A DNA stretch of 63,596 nucleotides, filler included, from Octopus bimaculoides (GCF_001194135.2; 5 parts of 5 records of this genome joined end to end with filler, not necessarily neighbours in it), one strand, 5' to 3'. Positions 25,141 to 38,890 are shown, counted from the whole stretch's first letter. Program-made: numbers and translations. The notes: generated from the sequence alone by a model not told the origin.

Positions 25141-26339
25141 ATTGTCCGTTCTCATATACTGATGAATATGAATAGTTAATAATTCACACGTTATGACTCT
25201 TTCACTTTGGAAATGTGTACATAATAGAATTTTTAAAACATTCTCTGAAACAAGATGCGGTGTATGAAGAGATGTTCCATTTAGTCGGATCTATAAGTCG
25301 CTGGCATACTTTAAAAAGTGACGTCTAAAGCGAGCACTATCATCAGAAAATAGCGACAATTTTTGAACCTAAAATTTCACTCACTTTCTAATTTACAGCA
25401 GATTTGTTGCGATAAATATAGATTTAAGGTAATAAATCTTCAGTAAATATAGATTATAGGTTAAAAAAAGAAAAAATGCACATGTTTCAAGAATTAATGA
25501 AATTATTATTGGAACAATAAATATTCAGATGCTAAGCAGAAGACAATTCTAACGATCATGTCAAGGATTTTGACATGTATTCATATGATAAATTTCAGGT
25601 GTATAAGAAAAAGAGAAAAAATTCATAATTGCTGTATACTTTATATCTCTCCAAATAATTATTTTTACTGCAGGGCTCAAGCTGCTAGGATACTTCGTTA
25701 GCTTTTCTATTTCTGGTAATGATGTTAGTAAACGATTTATCAATTGCCAAGCCAAGATATCTTATTAAAACAATGAAAAAAATCATCCAAAATGAATAAA
25801 TTTCATTTTGATATATTTCTTTTCGAACAACTGTTTTACATAAATTTCAAGCTTCTATATTTTCGACTTTCACTTTAACGAAAGCATATAACACAGATAT
25901 TGTTCCCCAGTTTCAAAAACAGATGCCTAGCAGTTCATTTTATTGAATTACAATACTCTCTCCATATATATTTGATAAATATAAGCTTTCAAAACTCTCA
26001 CCAGTTTGGTAATTCACAGAGAGAGGGAAAGAGAGTAGGAGAAAGCAGAAAATGCAGATTGTTCTTTATATAATATTCAGTAATTCTTGATGTGAAAGTT
26101 CTTGCATTACTAAAAGATTCCTTCTTTGTATCATGGAGACACATAAGTGAAGTGTATTCTCATTTTCTTTTTTTACTGATAAATAATGTTGACGATGATG
26201 GATCTTCCATTGGTTTTGACGATGAGCTTTCAGTTATTGGACCTGAGGGTATGGTTAAAAACATTAACTGAAGCTATTACACAGAGAAATTGGGAACGGG
26301 CCCTCATGAATCCAAAGCGAACATAATCTCTGACAAGTG

Positions 26340-26378
<39 letters not shown>

Positions 26379-26381
<3 letters not shown>

Positions 26382-26570
26382 AATATCCCAACACTACCAG
26401 ACTTTCAAAAATTCCAATTTAAGTCCACAGGTTTAAGTAAATATATATGGGAATTGAAATCTAGAACAAGTGAGTACACCTTTAGTTGGAGTATAATAGG
26501 TAAAGCCCACTCTTATAATACTGGGAATAAAATGTGCTTATTATAACAGAATTTATGAAACTGTTTCAGT
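26379..26570 (+). mobile_element. Penelope-like element, GIY-YIG endonuclease C-terminal fragment
   Basis: KSTGLSKYIWELKSRTSEYTFSWSIIGKAHSYNTGNKMCLL matches the STxLSKYIWxLK..WSII..Y..CxLC pattern of PLE endonucleases. Confidence 0.75.
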
Positions 26571-28523
26571 CTAGAGACTAATTACCAAACACATACGAAG
26601 AAAGAGGGTTAAATGTAGACACCAAAGTAATTTTACTTTCAATAAAAGGAAATATTGAATCACCCTCACTTGATTCTCATCACCACATACTTTTGATTTC
26701 TACAGTATTAAAATAGATTATATAAATAATTTAATTAATTAATTAATTAATTAAATATTATGAAATATTACATTATAATAAATTATATATATCCCTCAGA
26801 ATAGCTGGATAGAATATAACAATAGAAGTAGAAAATTTAGTTAAACTTTGCATAGAGGAATTACCCCCCTTAAAACTAACCACCTATAAATTCCCGTAGT
26901 ACTCTGCTATATTCACTTCCTCTAATCGCCATCTTGAATGAAATCTTGTCCTATCACAAGTGGAAATGTATTTATAATTTTAAAATTTCATGATTTTATA
27001 TTGGACAGTCTATATTTGACATTCTAAGTTTGATATATGTATGCTAATTTATATTTATAATTTATAATTTTTAATTTTTTAATTCTGAATTTGGTAAAGT
27101 TTATTTTCTTAATTTTTAATTTAACGCTTAATTATTATGATTTAAAATAGCTGAACAATATTATCAAAAATATACCTGAAGATGTGCTGGTAGAATTATA
27201 TGATCATTACATATATTCTGATCTTTCAATACTGAAACACGTGTAGTTCCTTTATAATTATAATTTTAACATAAGTAAGGGCTAATTAAGGCAGTATATT
27301 TTATATCCTGCTATTGTACTGGTTTTATCCTCACGTATTATTTCTAAATGTACATATAAATACCAAGAATTTTCCATCATAAATACTCGTTATATTCTTT
27401 TTGCATTATCTGAAATGGAAATTCCCACAAATCTACTGATTGAAATCCCAATAACTGCACTATATATATATATATNNNNNNNNNNNNNNNNNNNNNNNNN
27501 NNNNNNNNNNNNNNNNNNNNNNNNNNNNNNNNNNNNNNNNNNNNNNNNNNNNNNNNNNNNNNNNNNNNNNNNNNNNNNNNNNNNNNNNNNNNNNNNNNNN
27601 NNNNNNNNNNNNNNNNNNNNNNNNNNNNNNNNNNNNNNNNNNNNNNNNNNNNNNNNNNNNNNNNNNNNNNNNNNNNNNNNNNNNNNNNNNNNNNNNNNNN
27701 NNNNNNNNNNNNNNNNNNNNNNNNNNNNNNNNNNNNNNNNNNNNNNNNNNNNNNNNNNNNNNNNNNNNNNNNNNNNNNNNNNNNNNNNNNNNNNNNNNNN
27801 NNNNNNNNNNNNNNNNNNNNNNNNNNNNNNNNNNNNNNNNNNNTATATAAGAGCGAGGTCGAAATTTTATATTTCTACTCCACATATTGCTTGGTGTTCA
27901 TTTTGGTGCAAGAGATAAATTAACAAATTTTAAAAAGTATGTGACCATTCCTACCCCTCGCATAGCTCTCTGTAATTCTGCGTCTTGAATACTGAAAATG
28001 TAAGGAACTGTAAACTTGCTTCAATGCTATTAACTTTGCATTAGTTGAAATATTACCTATATAGCATTTTATAAATTATATGCAACCCCACCACCACCAC
28101 CTGAAAAAAACCCCAGTTAGTGGAATCTTTATTGATTTATATAGTTTGTATTAATTTTTAAAGAATAAAAACAGCCTATATTCAGAAAGCACTTTCAACG
28201 TAAAAAAATGTAAATTCTTACTGACTATTATGATATGCAATTAAAAAAACAAAACTATGCACGAACCTCGAACGAAATACATGAACAGTTAACACCATAA
28301 AATAAGCATTAATAGTATTTACTATTTAATTAAAAGGCCACTGTTTTTTCCAGTCAAAGTGAGGTAAGCTTTTGTCTTGATTTCTGTACATTTAATATGA
28401 ATTTGTGTCTATTTTCTTAGCCTACTCTGACTTCAGAAGCTTTTATCACTAAATTGAAAGCGTGCTCGATTTCTTAGTATTGACAAGGAAGAGGTATTGG
28501 CTATGTCAGTCAGATCTTTTCAT

Positions 28524-28901
28524 TTATTTGTCATAACACGTGGAGGTGCATATGTCAGCCATTTCATTGAACTCCTCTAATTTCTTATGAAGACTATCTC
28601 CACTTTGCTTCATAGGTATTTTGTTTAATTTATAAGCAGATTCAATCAGTCTCTCAATTTTTAGAGTTATTCCCTCATACTCAATATAAGGAAAAGAAAA
28701 TTTGTCCCATATTGCTTGCACATCTGCAGCTACACTCCGGTAGTATTCTTTGGATGTGTGTGAAGTTTTTGATATCTGTTCCTCACGTTTTCTTATGTAT
28801 AAATAAGGTCGGAATACATCAGTCTTTGATGGAGTCATTGCTGTAGGAAATTCTGCAGGAAATCCAAATGCTGAATTACGGCTTTTACTTCTAGTTGCCA
28901 T
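28524..28901 (-). pseudogene. Probable N-terminal fragment of a DNA transposase (hATm-like?)
   Basis: FGFPAEFP..VQAIWDKFSFPYI..KIERL..FNEMADICTSTC resembles the IWxKAxIP..LFDIxxCxC N-terminal motif; recognised from memory only, no catalytic domain seen. Confidence 0.4.
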
Positions 28902-30316
28902 TATATAATTTTATATACTTAAATGATTACAGTTTAAATCTATGCAGGTATTTTTGTAAACTTATAATACAATTTAGCTCTGAAATAATGTGAAAAACAA
29001 AAGAAAACCATTTAACAAATGTATACATTTTCTAAAAAAATTAATTCATTTAACACATATTGAAAAGTTATAATTTTACCGTGTTGGAGGGATACCTACC
29101 AACCAATTGTCTTATATATCAATATTTTTGCTATCTTTACTCATCAGATGTTCTAAACAAGGTTTCTACAGTGAAATATGATCAAATGTTTCATATCCTT
29201 AAACAATTTAGTATATATGTGTTAGATATCATATGATTAATATAAAAAGTTAGTGTATTTAATTGTGGTAGGTGTGTGCGAAGGGTACGGGGGGTCACAT
29301 AACCGTAATTTTCATATATTTTATTTAAAATACTATATATATATATTCATAATTATATAATCCAAGTTGTTCTTTAGAGATTGGTACATTGCCACTTTTT
29401 TTAATTACATTCCCGAAATCTCTTCCATTGGTTAAATAACGCGAGATCTTCAAAGTTCTCAATAATCTGTTAATATCGTTTCTCATATGATTCTATACGG
29501 CGTGAATGTGTTACTCTTTATCGGTTAAACTCTGTGTTGTTCTGCGATTTTATTCGCGTAGTTATTAGTGATTATGGTTTATTTAATGTAGTTATTTCCT
29601 TATATTATGGTGCAATATAATATAGTCTTCAGATGTCGGTAATGATGAAACGACTGAAATTTAATATTTATCAGAAAACTCACAATATTTGTCTATCTAA
29701 ATACCGCTATGAATTTTTTTTTTTATGTAGCGACCGAGTTGATATGTTTATTGGTTTTCATTAAGAAAGTTTATACTTGTACTTTTGTACCTAATTGATA
29801 AGAACATTTTTCAGCGTAGTTATATTCAATATCTTGCCTTTATTTACTCAAACAACTAATTGCCGTCGGTGTTTCAGATTTAAATTGGTTATCTTTTTAA
29901 TATTTGTTCCCAATAGAAACTGATAAACGTGTGTCTGAGAGAGAGAAAGAGAGAGGAAGAGGTGTACAAACACGCGCATAAAATATGTCTGTCTGTTTAT
30001 CTACAAAAATATATAATATATATAATATATATAATATATATATCAAGTAATATCTATATGCGTGAATATATATATATATATAATTATATATATGTATATA
30101 TATATGTGTGTGTGTGCGTGCGTGCATTAATATATGCACTCTAATATAAAGCAGTGAGAATGAATGCTCAATACCGTATTGGTGGATAAATATTCTTTAT
30201 TTGTGGGTTAACCAGACTACCATTGGTTTCACGCATAAGAAATCTCTTTGCATGAAACCATTTGTAGCCTTATTCACCCACAGATAATAATAATAATAAT
30301 GATAATAATAATGATA

Positions 30317-31332
30317 ACAAGAACATTCAGAGAGCGCAAACCTCCGCCAAGGCAACACCAACGTCCTCTCAACGATTAGCCGGAGATGATTTTTAAAATG
30401 AGAATATCTGAAATAAATTCGACTACACTCACAAACGAGAATACTAAAAATGAATCCGACCGCTCTCAATAATTAAGTAAAAAATACCGGAAAAATAATC
30501 CAGAATCCTTGTCCGGTACCTGATCGATCCCAATGGTAGTCATAGAATGTGAAGGTGGGTGTGCAGGCCATGTTTGTAATGCTGTGTGTGTGTCGTCTGC
30601 AGTTTGGAATAGTGACAGTTTTCTCTATGAAGGCCTTTATTAGTCTATCCACTGATATAGTGTCTTTACGACTATTAAGGTCTATAGTGAAAAATTAATC
30701 CGTGCGTGTAAGAAAACGGAAAGGATCTGCATACCTGCATACGGTGCTGTTAACGGAGGTTTAACAACATCGTTGCGCACAAAAAACGTGAGTCCAAGAA
30801 GTAAAGCTTCCCTCAAGGCAGAATTAAAAATGCAATTGTCAAGTAGGTAAGAGGCATTAAACAAGAGCGATATATTCAAAATTGGTAAAAGTAAAAATTG
30901 GATAAATTAAATTTATTATTGTTACTGAATATACTATTTAACTTCTGAACGGTTTTGCAGCCGTTTTTTTTATGTAGTTTGATTTCTTTATCCATCAGTT
31001 TCTACTAAGATAGAGATGCAAGTAGAATTAATAATAGAGAAAATAAAACTTTGGAAACAGCAACGCCGCCATAAATTACGTGGAAATAATGAGTGTGATT
31101 TCCAGGGAGATAATCTGAGAAAGACTTGAAAGTCAACGTAAGATCGTAATACGTCATGTAAAGTAAAGTAAATAGAACAAATAATCCAAAATCCTTGTCC
31201 GGTACCGATCCCAAAATCTTATCAGTTCCTTCCAGTCACGAGGCCAAACATCCCTGAAAGTTTCATCCGAATCCATCCAGCGGTTCTTGAGATATCTTGT
31301 CCGCGGACAAACAAACAAACATGACTGAAAAC
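30317..31332 (-). mobile_element. Second HINE/DINE-1-like copy with the same Gypsy cargo (5' end lost in gap)
   Basis: Reverse complement of 11046-12083 along about 1 kb; end reads acaagaacattcagagagcgcaaacctccgccaagg; cargo reads FVRNDVVKPPLTAPYAG. Confidence 0.75.
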
Positions 31333-31681
31333 NNNNNNNNNNNNNNNNNNNNNNNNNNNNNNNNNNNNNNNNNNNNNNNNNNNNNNNNNNNNNNNNNNNN
31401 NNNNNNNNNNNNNNNNNNNNNNNNNNNNNNNNNNNNNNNNNNNNNNNNNNNNNNNNNNNNNNNNNNNNNNNNNNNNNNNNNNNNNNNNNNNNNNNNNNNN
31501 NNNNNNNNNNNNNNNNNNNNNNNNNNNNNNNNNNNNNNNNNNNNNNNNNNNNNNNNNNNNNNNNNNNNNNNNNNNNNNNNNNNNNNNNNNNNNNNNNNNN
31601 NNNNNNNNNNNNNNNNNNNNATATCAGACAATTTGGCGTCTTCTTCTAACATATTAGGAATCCACCTTGGTGGTTATTCCT

Positions 31682-31726
<45 letters not shown>

Positions 31727-31728
<2 letters not shown>

Positions 31729-31775
31729 TGCTCCAGCATGGCCGCAGCCAAATGACTGAAACAAGTAAAAGAATA
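31727..31775 (+). mobile_element. SINE A / CR1-like LINE 3' tail fragment after (TA)n
   Basis: tgctccagcatggccgcagccaaatgactgaaacaagtaaaaga. Confidence 0.7.
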
Positions 31776-33654
31776 TATATAGAGTAAAGTGTATATGCCA
31801 ACTTAAAGTGGCAGTCCTGATTAGGACGGTGTTACTACCTTTTTTAGCCCCAGGTAAACATCTTTTCCAGCTGGCTATCGACGCACAACTCCGTCCTTAT
31901 ATGACATAAAGTATATATAAATATATATAAATTTATTTGTTGGTTTGTTTCATATATTCCTGCGTGTAAAACACCCAAACAATCACTAACACAGATTTCA
32001 CAAAGCCTGATCCATTGGAGATCTACTTCTCAGCGAACACCATTATTAATCTGTAAAGTGATGAATGGACAGGCTCGTTAAAGCATATGGCATAAAGTGT
32101 TCTGGATTTCTGTATTTCGAGTTCAAACCCAGCTCAGGTTAACTTTGCTGTTCTTTTCGGAGTCGATGGAATATGGGATCAATTTAAGGCCATGGATTGA
32201 CGTAATCATTAACATATCGGACAAAATCCCTTACAGTGTTTACTCAGACATCTTTGTATTCATAATTCTTTGATGGTAGTTATAACCCGTCAACCGGATT
32301 GATACTACCGCCAAGTTCTTGAGCGCTTTTAGCGGAATTCGGGCTAGGTATCCGGTTTCGGGGATGACAACTCCACTTTAATATCAGAGATCCTGAAAAA
32401 TGAGGGGACATGACCGTTGTCCTTTCATACCTCAGACAACTCTAAATATACATTCCCTTCATATGTTGAATAGTTTCGTTCAATGGTGCAGAGTAAAATG
32501 TGCTGCAGAAATAAATAAAAATGAAAGTTACTATTATATGAAGGCATGTGGTGAAAGGCATTTTTTTCCACAGTGTATTTACTTTTGTAAGCGGAACAGT
32601 TTTAACTAGACATATAAAAAAATCATGCTTTAATATGTTCATTGATATTAATTTTTTCAATAAATCATTTTTGCTTAAACTTAAATTAAAATGATAACTA
32701 TATTACATTAACTATATTTATTTAACCACAAAAAATCTAAGCAGTATAAAAGACAACGAAAAGCTCAAGTTTTCTTAACCACGGTACAGGGATTGAAAAT
32801 GTCAGAGCAGTACAATGTTTAAAAATGTAAGATCTTGGATGACAACGGAATAATTTCAAAGTCAATTTTTTGCAGAGCAAAGAGCAAACATAATTCAATT
32901 AACCTTTTACCGTCCAATGTTCCCATAATGGGAACAAATTTTAAAATTGCATTACAAATGCACTAATAATTAATATTATGATTTCACTGCGTAATTACGT
33001 TCACTTAACCACCATCTAATATCTACTGAAACTACAGCAACTATTTGTAAAGATTTCTTCATGTAAACCAGCTATATAATTTATATTTGGGAACATTGTA
33101 AAACCTAAGAAAATGATATTTTTCGTGCAAATTTGGTACAAAGAATTAATATTGAATGGGAAAAAGCAATATATTAAAAAATTACGATCTTTTTTCATTG
33201 CAACTATAAGCTGCCTCTAGAGGGTTAATTACCCACTAAATAACCAATTTTCGTTAATCTGTGCAACTGTTAGCGATTAGGCATTAAAAGGGAAATGATT
33301 AGGAATCTAAAAAGGAAAAGCCAGTGTTTAAAGCATTTCAAAGTTACTATATCCATAAACATCAAGCTAAAACTGGCTATTGACCTTAGCGCTAAACCTA
33401 TTTATCCCATTATATCTTTTATTACTTAGAAGGTCAATTGATTTGAGTTTTATAGGATCTGGATGGACTGAATCGTTTAGTATATAACTATCTCAGTAGT
33501 ATTGTTTACGAAGAATAGAACTATATCTGTAACTCTGGAAAAATGTTGTTCATACATCCATAACAACAACGCATCATCTATCACTCCCACTACGACAATG
33601 ACAACGACAACGATCGCCAAGGCCGCCACCACCACCACCAACAACTACACCATC

Positions 33655-33693
<39 letters not shown>

Positions 33694-34729
33694 GCTACTG
33701 CTGCTGCTGCTGCTAGTGCTATTGCTACTACCACCATCGCAGCATACCAAATCTCAAGTACATGACAAGCAACACGTACACTGTATCAACCATGATACAG
33801 TGAGTGACTCTCTAGACGGTTGCCTCACCAATTAGAATCTGTGCCCAATCTCCGTCAAACCACTCCTTACCACCTTAAAAAAAAAGAAAGGATACAGTGC
33901 ACAAAGTAGTCTCTGTGCATTGTCCAAGAGAAAAAGATGGCATGAGTGGTCATTATGATACAGAATATTTTTGATCAGAAGTCTACATGGTCAGGACTAA
34001 TATAATATAAACATTAATAGCTAAACGTATGTGTGTGAGTATGCATATACATCAACTATCTCAGCTGAATTATAATACCTTAGCAAGACATACTTCAGCA
34101 AGTAAGTCTCTATTTAGGCGTTGGAACTGCAAGAAATATCGATCAAATATCCCTCAAACCATACTCATGAAAGGAAGGGCACACTGAATATTTATTTCCA
34201 TTTAAATGTGAATGTTCTGTTAGAACAAACAATACTGTGGTAGATGCCATGAGAGAAACTCTCACATTGGCTTTTGGCGTAAAATGCATTCTTGTTTATA
34301 TCGCTTGTGGTGAGATAAATCACCCACGTTTAAGTGGGAATAAATATTATCTCCCAGTATTAAGTTTGCCTCTGTCGCCAATATACACTGAATAATGTAG
34401 ACCGTGTTACACTATGTCTAAAAATAAAACAAAACATTCTTTTATGGAAAGGATTTCTTTGATCATACGTGAAAATCAAGGACAAGGACGACATGATATC
34501 AAACAGAAGCACTGTCAATAGTAACCACAAGAACAAGATTAAGAACAAAAGCAACAACAGCAACGTTACCTTAATATTCCTACTGACCTCCATTGATGAG
34601 AGAGTGTAATGCATCCCCGAATAAAACTTATATCCTAATATAAAATTCTACTATGCATCCTAGTTTAAAACTAGGTAACACAAGTGATATAATTGCATCA
34701 AAATAAACTGCTCTGCAACGGTACATTTA

Positions 34730-34985
34730 TGTGAAGGTCGTGGGTTCTATTCCTGGCGGTGCGTTGTGTCCCTGAGCTAGACATTTTATTTTTCACATTG
34801 CTCCAGTTCACTCAGCTGTCAAAATGAGTTGTACCTGTGATTCAATGGGTCGGCCTTGTCACATCCTGTATCACGCTATATATCCCTGAGAACTACGTTA
34901 AGAGTGCGCGTGCTTGTGGAGTTCTCAGACACTTCCTCGTTAATTTCACAAGGAGGCTGTTCTGCTGATCGGATGAGCTGGAACA
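34730..34985 (+). mobile_element. SINE family C, 5'-truncated
   Basis: Colinear with 9375-9630. Confidence 0.75.
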
Positions 34986-36053
34986 CACACACACACACAC
35001 ACACACGCACGCACACGCGCACGCGCACAGAGAGAGAGTTTTTTTTCTTTTATGCATCATAGTAAGAATCCGCGTCCTGACCTGAGGCGATTACTGACAT
35101 TTTGAAGTTTTATGTTAGCCTGCATCAGCAATCATAACTAGTAGCCCATAGTCCACTAGTGACTAATAATAAAAGTATCACCTGCCACATATTACCTTGG
35201 TATGATCATTAAATTGTATCCGGTAGTGGGATCCTGGTTCGAGAGTTCCAGGGTTTTGAGGAGTGTGGAACCACCCCTTAACCATTATTGTTCCCAGGTC
35301 TACTTTGACCCGGAGTAGTAGTATTTATTGGGGTGCTAGCTATGGGTTACACAGCTTGTAGCCACTCTAAGCAGGGTACGGTGAAATCGTATGATAGATG
35401 TGAACTATTTCAGCAAATGAACTTATTAAATCAATGGCGAATATCACTAGATGTTGAGCGGAATAGCACTCTGCAAATTGTCAACGGCCAGGATCAAACC
35501 GTTCAGATTGTGCAATAATGGTACCTTCTGTAGTCGCCGCGGCGTACGGACATGAGATATTTCAGTTAGCCAAGGGCCAATCTGACTAAAACACAGGCCA
35601 GATATTATGCCTCATCACTTAATCTGGACGTCTGGCACGAAAGAGTTATAATGGTCCGCGTTCGACTAGGATGAATGGATGGAAACAAAGTCAGTCAGTA
35701 TATTCATATATTTGCATATTGTAGATATTTTCCATTAGGTTATGTCGCTGACTTTTTACATTAAACTTGTTCCGGTTAATTTTTGGATGAATTTCATTAT
35801 GCTGTCCATGAAAATATTCAGTAAATCAAAGTTATTCTTTCATTTGTTTCAGTCATTTGACTGCAGCCATGCTGGAGAACTGCCTTTAGTCGAACAAATC
35901 GTCCCCAGGACTTATTCTTTGTAAGCTTAGTACTTATTCTATCGGTTTTTTTTGCCGAGCCGCTAAGTTACCGGGACGTAAACACACCAACATCGGTTGT
36001 CAAGCGATGGTTGGTGGGGGGGACAAACACAGACACACAAACATATACATATA

Positions 36054-37312
36054 CAGGGGTTGGAAAAGTTAATGGGAACACCTAGCATTATAGCATCATA
36101 ATTTTGAATTATCTATAAAACCATCAAAAGCTTGTTTACTTTTATGCTTTTCGATTTATTATTAGCGTTTCTTAATATGTTTTACTAAAATTGCTGTTTC
36201 TTTTCAGACATCATCAGAAAAAGGTAATTAAAATTTATTAAAATGACAGATCTATCGAACTTTCAAAGAGGTCAAATTGTTGGTGCTCGTATGACAGGTG
36301 CTAGCGTAACGAAAAACAGCTGAAATATTTGGTGTATCAAGAAGTACTGTCTCCAAAGTAATGACAGCCTTTGAGAAGGAGGGAAAAAACTCCTCGTCGA
36401 AACAAAATTCAGGAAGAAAACCAAAAATGTCAGAGAGGGACCGTCGGACTCTTACGTGAGTTGTTAGAAACGATCACAGCTCCCAAAATTGCTGCAGAGC
36501 TTAATGACCACCTCGAGAACCCAATTTCTACAAAAACTGTTTACCAGAAGCTGCACAAAGCCCGATTTCATGGGAGGGTTGCAATCAGAAGACCACTACT
36601 TTCAAAAACAAACGTTGCAAAGCGTTTAGAGTGGAATGAAAACCGACAGAATTAGTCTCTAGAGCAGTGGAAGAATGTTATTTTCTCGGACGAGTCATTC
36701 TTTACCTTATTTCTGACCACCGGCCGAGTGTACGTGTGGAGACAGCCAAAAGAAACATTTGACCCAGACTGTTTTCTTCCAACTATTAAACATGGAGGAG
36801 GATCTGTGACGATTTGAGGGTTGCTATATCTTGGAAATGCACCGGCCCACTGGTTTCCCTTCATGGCAGAATTAATAGTCAAGACTAAGCATTTTATCTG
36901 ATCAAATTCATCCTATGGTCGCGGAACTGTTTCCGGAGGGAAACGCAATCGTTCAGGATGATAATGCACCAATTCACACAGGTAAAGTTGTTACTGAATA
37001 GCACGAGGAACATTCTAGTGAAGTTGGACATCTTATCTGGCCACCTCAGTCCCTAGATCTCAATATTATTGGACAGTTATGGTGCACTTTAGAAAAACAA
37101 GTAAGGCGTCAATATCCTCCACTATCATCACTACAAGAACTGGAGATTGTTTTAGCTGAAGAATGGACAAAAATTCCTTTGGAAACAATTCAAACTTTGT
37201 ACGAGCCCATACCTTGTAGAATTCAAGCTGTAATTACTGCCAAAAGCGGTCCTACCAGATATTAAAATTAATTTGTTTGAAATTTTAATGTGTTTCCATT
37301 ATTTTGTCGAAG

Positions 37313-37317
<5 letters not shown>
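36054..37317 (+). mobile_element. Tc1-family DNA transposon, full length but inactivated
   Basis: 28-bp TIRs caggggttggaaaagttaatgggaacac / rc cagagcttcgacaaaataatggaaacac (21/28 identical); TA on the left, TG on the right. Confidence 0.9.
36243..37265 (+). pseudogene. Tc1 transposase pseudogene (DD36E spacing; frameshifts, stops, catalytic E read as G)
   Basis: MTDLSNFQRGQIVGARMTG..VSRSTVSKV..NVIFSDES..KHGGGSV..QDDNAPIHT..WPPQSLDLNIIGQLW..GPTRY*. Confidence 0.85.
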
Positions 37318-37366
<49 letters not shown>

Positions 37367-38129
37367 GACGGGCTTCCTTCAGTTTCCGTCTACCAAATTC
37401 ACTCACAAAGTTTTGGTCAGCCCGAGGATATAGTAGAAGACACTTGCCCAAGGTACTACGCAGTGACACTGAACCCGGAACCGTGTGGTTGGTAAACAAG
37501 CTACTTACCACACAGTCACATGCTGTCCATGGAAATATTCAGTAAATCAAAGTTATATATAATAAACTTTTGAGAAAATCTGGAATGTATACCCATTAAA
37601 CCCTCTATGCATCCATCCATCTACGTGTTCAAACAAGAAATGTATACAGTATAATAGAGTCGATAGTCTTTTGTTGTCAACTGATAAAAACTGAAACTAC
37701 CTCTAAAAATAGATATTTCTCATTTGTGAAAATTAAATTGACTATAAATTCAACGGACATATTAATAGCTGGGACAGACATTTACTGATGAGAAAAGAAG
37801 TTTGAAAGATAAAAGACATCTTTTCGAGCGAATCTTGTGATATATTGAAATATCCTGAAGCTATCGTAATATGTGAAATATTTAATAATTTCCAGGTTTT
37901 ATTACAGCGGTGTAGCTATCTATAATCTACATAAGCAGCTACTTTCGCTGACATATAATATTTCTATATAGCTGTACATGGAAATAATAACGTGTCTTTT
38001 TCAGTTTTGATACAATTTGGCAGATTCGAACGTGACCACCTGGTCGCTTTGTTCTCGTCATAGGAAAGCACTGCCTCTCCTTTAGAAGATGTGTGCTCAC
38101 AATACACGTAATACACGTGTGTATATATA

Positions 38130-38337
38130 TTCTTTTATTCTTTCACTTGTTTCAGTCATTTGACTGAGGCCATGCAGGAGCGCCGAACAAATCGACCCCA
38201 GGACTTATTCTTTGTAAGCCTAGTACTTATTCTGTCGGTCTCTTTTGCGAACAGCTAAGTTACGAGGATGTAAGCAAACCAGCATCGGTTGTCAAGCGAT
38301 GGAAGGAGGGACAAACACACACACACACACACACACA
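38130..38337 (-). mobile_element. SINE family A 3' half running into (CA)n and a gap
   Basis: Colinear with 35836-36053. Confidence 0.85.
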
Positions 38338-38853
38338 NNNNNNNNNNNNNNNNNNNNNNNNNNNNNNNNNNNNNNNNNNNNNNNNNNNNNNNNNNNNNNN
38401 NNNNNNNNNNNNNNNNNNNNNNNNNNNNNNNNNNNNNNNNNNNNNNNNNNNNNNNNNNNNNNNNNNNNNNNNNNNNNNNNNNNNNNNNNNNNNNNNNNNN
38501 NNNNNNNNNNNNNNNNNNNNNNNNNNNNNNNNNNNNNNNNNNNNNNNNNNNNNNNNNNNNNNNNNNNNNNNNNNNNNNNNNNNNNNNNNNNNNNNNNNNN
38601 NNNNNNNNNNNNNNNNNNNNNNNNNNNNNNNNNNNNNNNNNNNNNNNNNNNNNNNNNNNNNNNNNNNNNNNNNNNNNNNNNNNNNNNNNNNNNNNNNNNN
38701 NNNNNNNNNNNNNNNNNNNNNNNNNNNNNNNNNNNNNNNNNNNNNNNNNNNNNNNNNNNNNNNNNNNNNNNNNNNNNNNNNNNNNNNNNNNNNNNNNNNN
38801 NNNNNNNNNNNNNNNNNNNNNNNNNNNNNNNNNNNNNNNNNNNNNNNNNNNNN

Positions 38854-38885
<32 letters not shown>

Positions 38886-38890
<5 letters not shown>

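Larger units (their letters stand above)
35836..37519 (-). mobile_element. SINE family A split by a Tc1 insertion, flanked by a 37-bp TSD
   Basis: 3' half at 35836-36053, head half at 37318-37519; direct repeat atgctgtccatg(a/g)aaatattcagtaaatcaaagttat at 35799-35835 and 37520-37556. Confidence 0.85.

Noticed and set aside
26100-26270. Plus-strand open frame ..NNVDDDGSSIGFDDELSVIGPEG with a possible donor gtatgg
   Set aside because: No suitable acceptor, no neighbouring exons and no recognisable domain.
26728-26752. (TTAA)n runs resembling the artificial linker (also at 1861-1880)
   Set aside because: Not centred in 44-N runs and embedded in natural AT-rich sequence.
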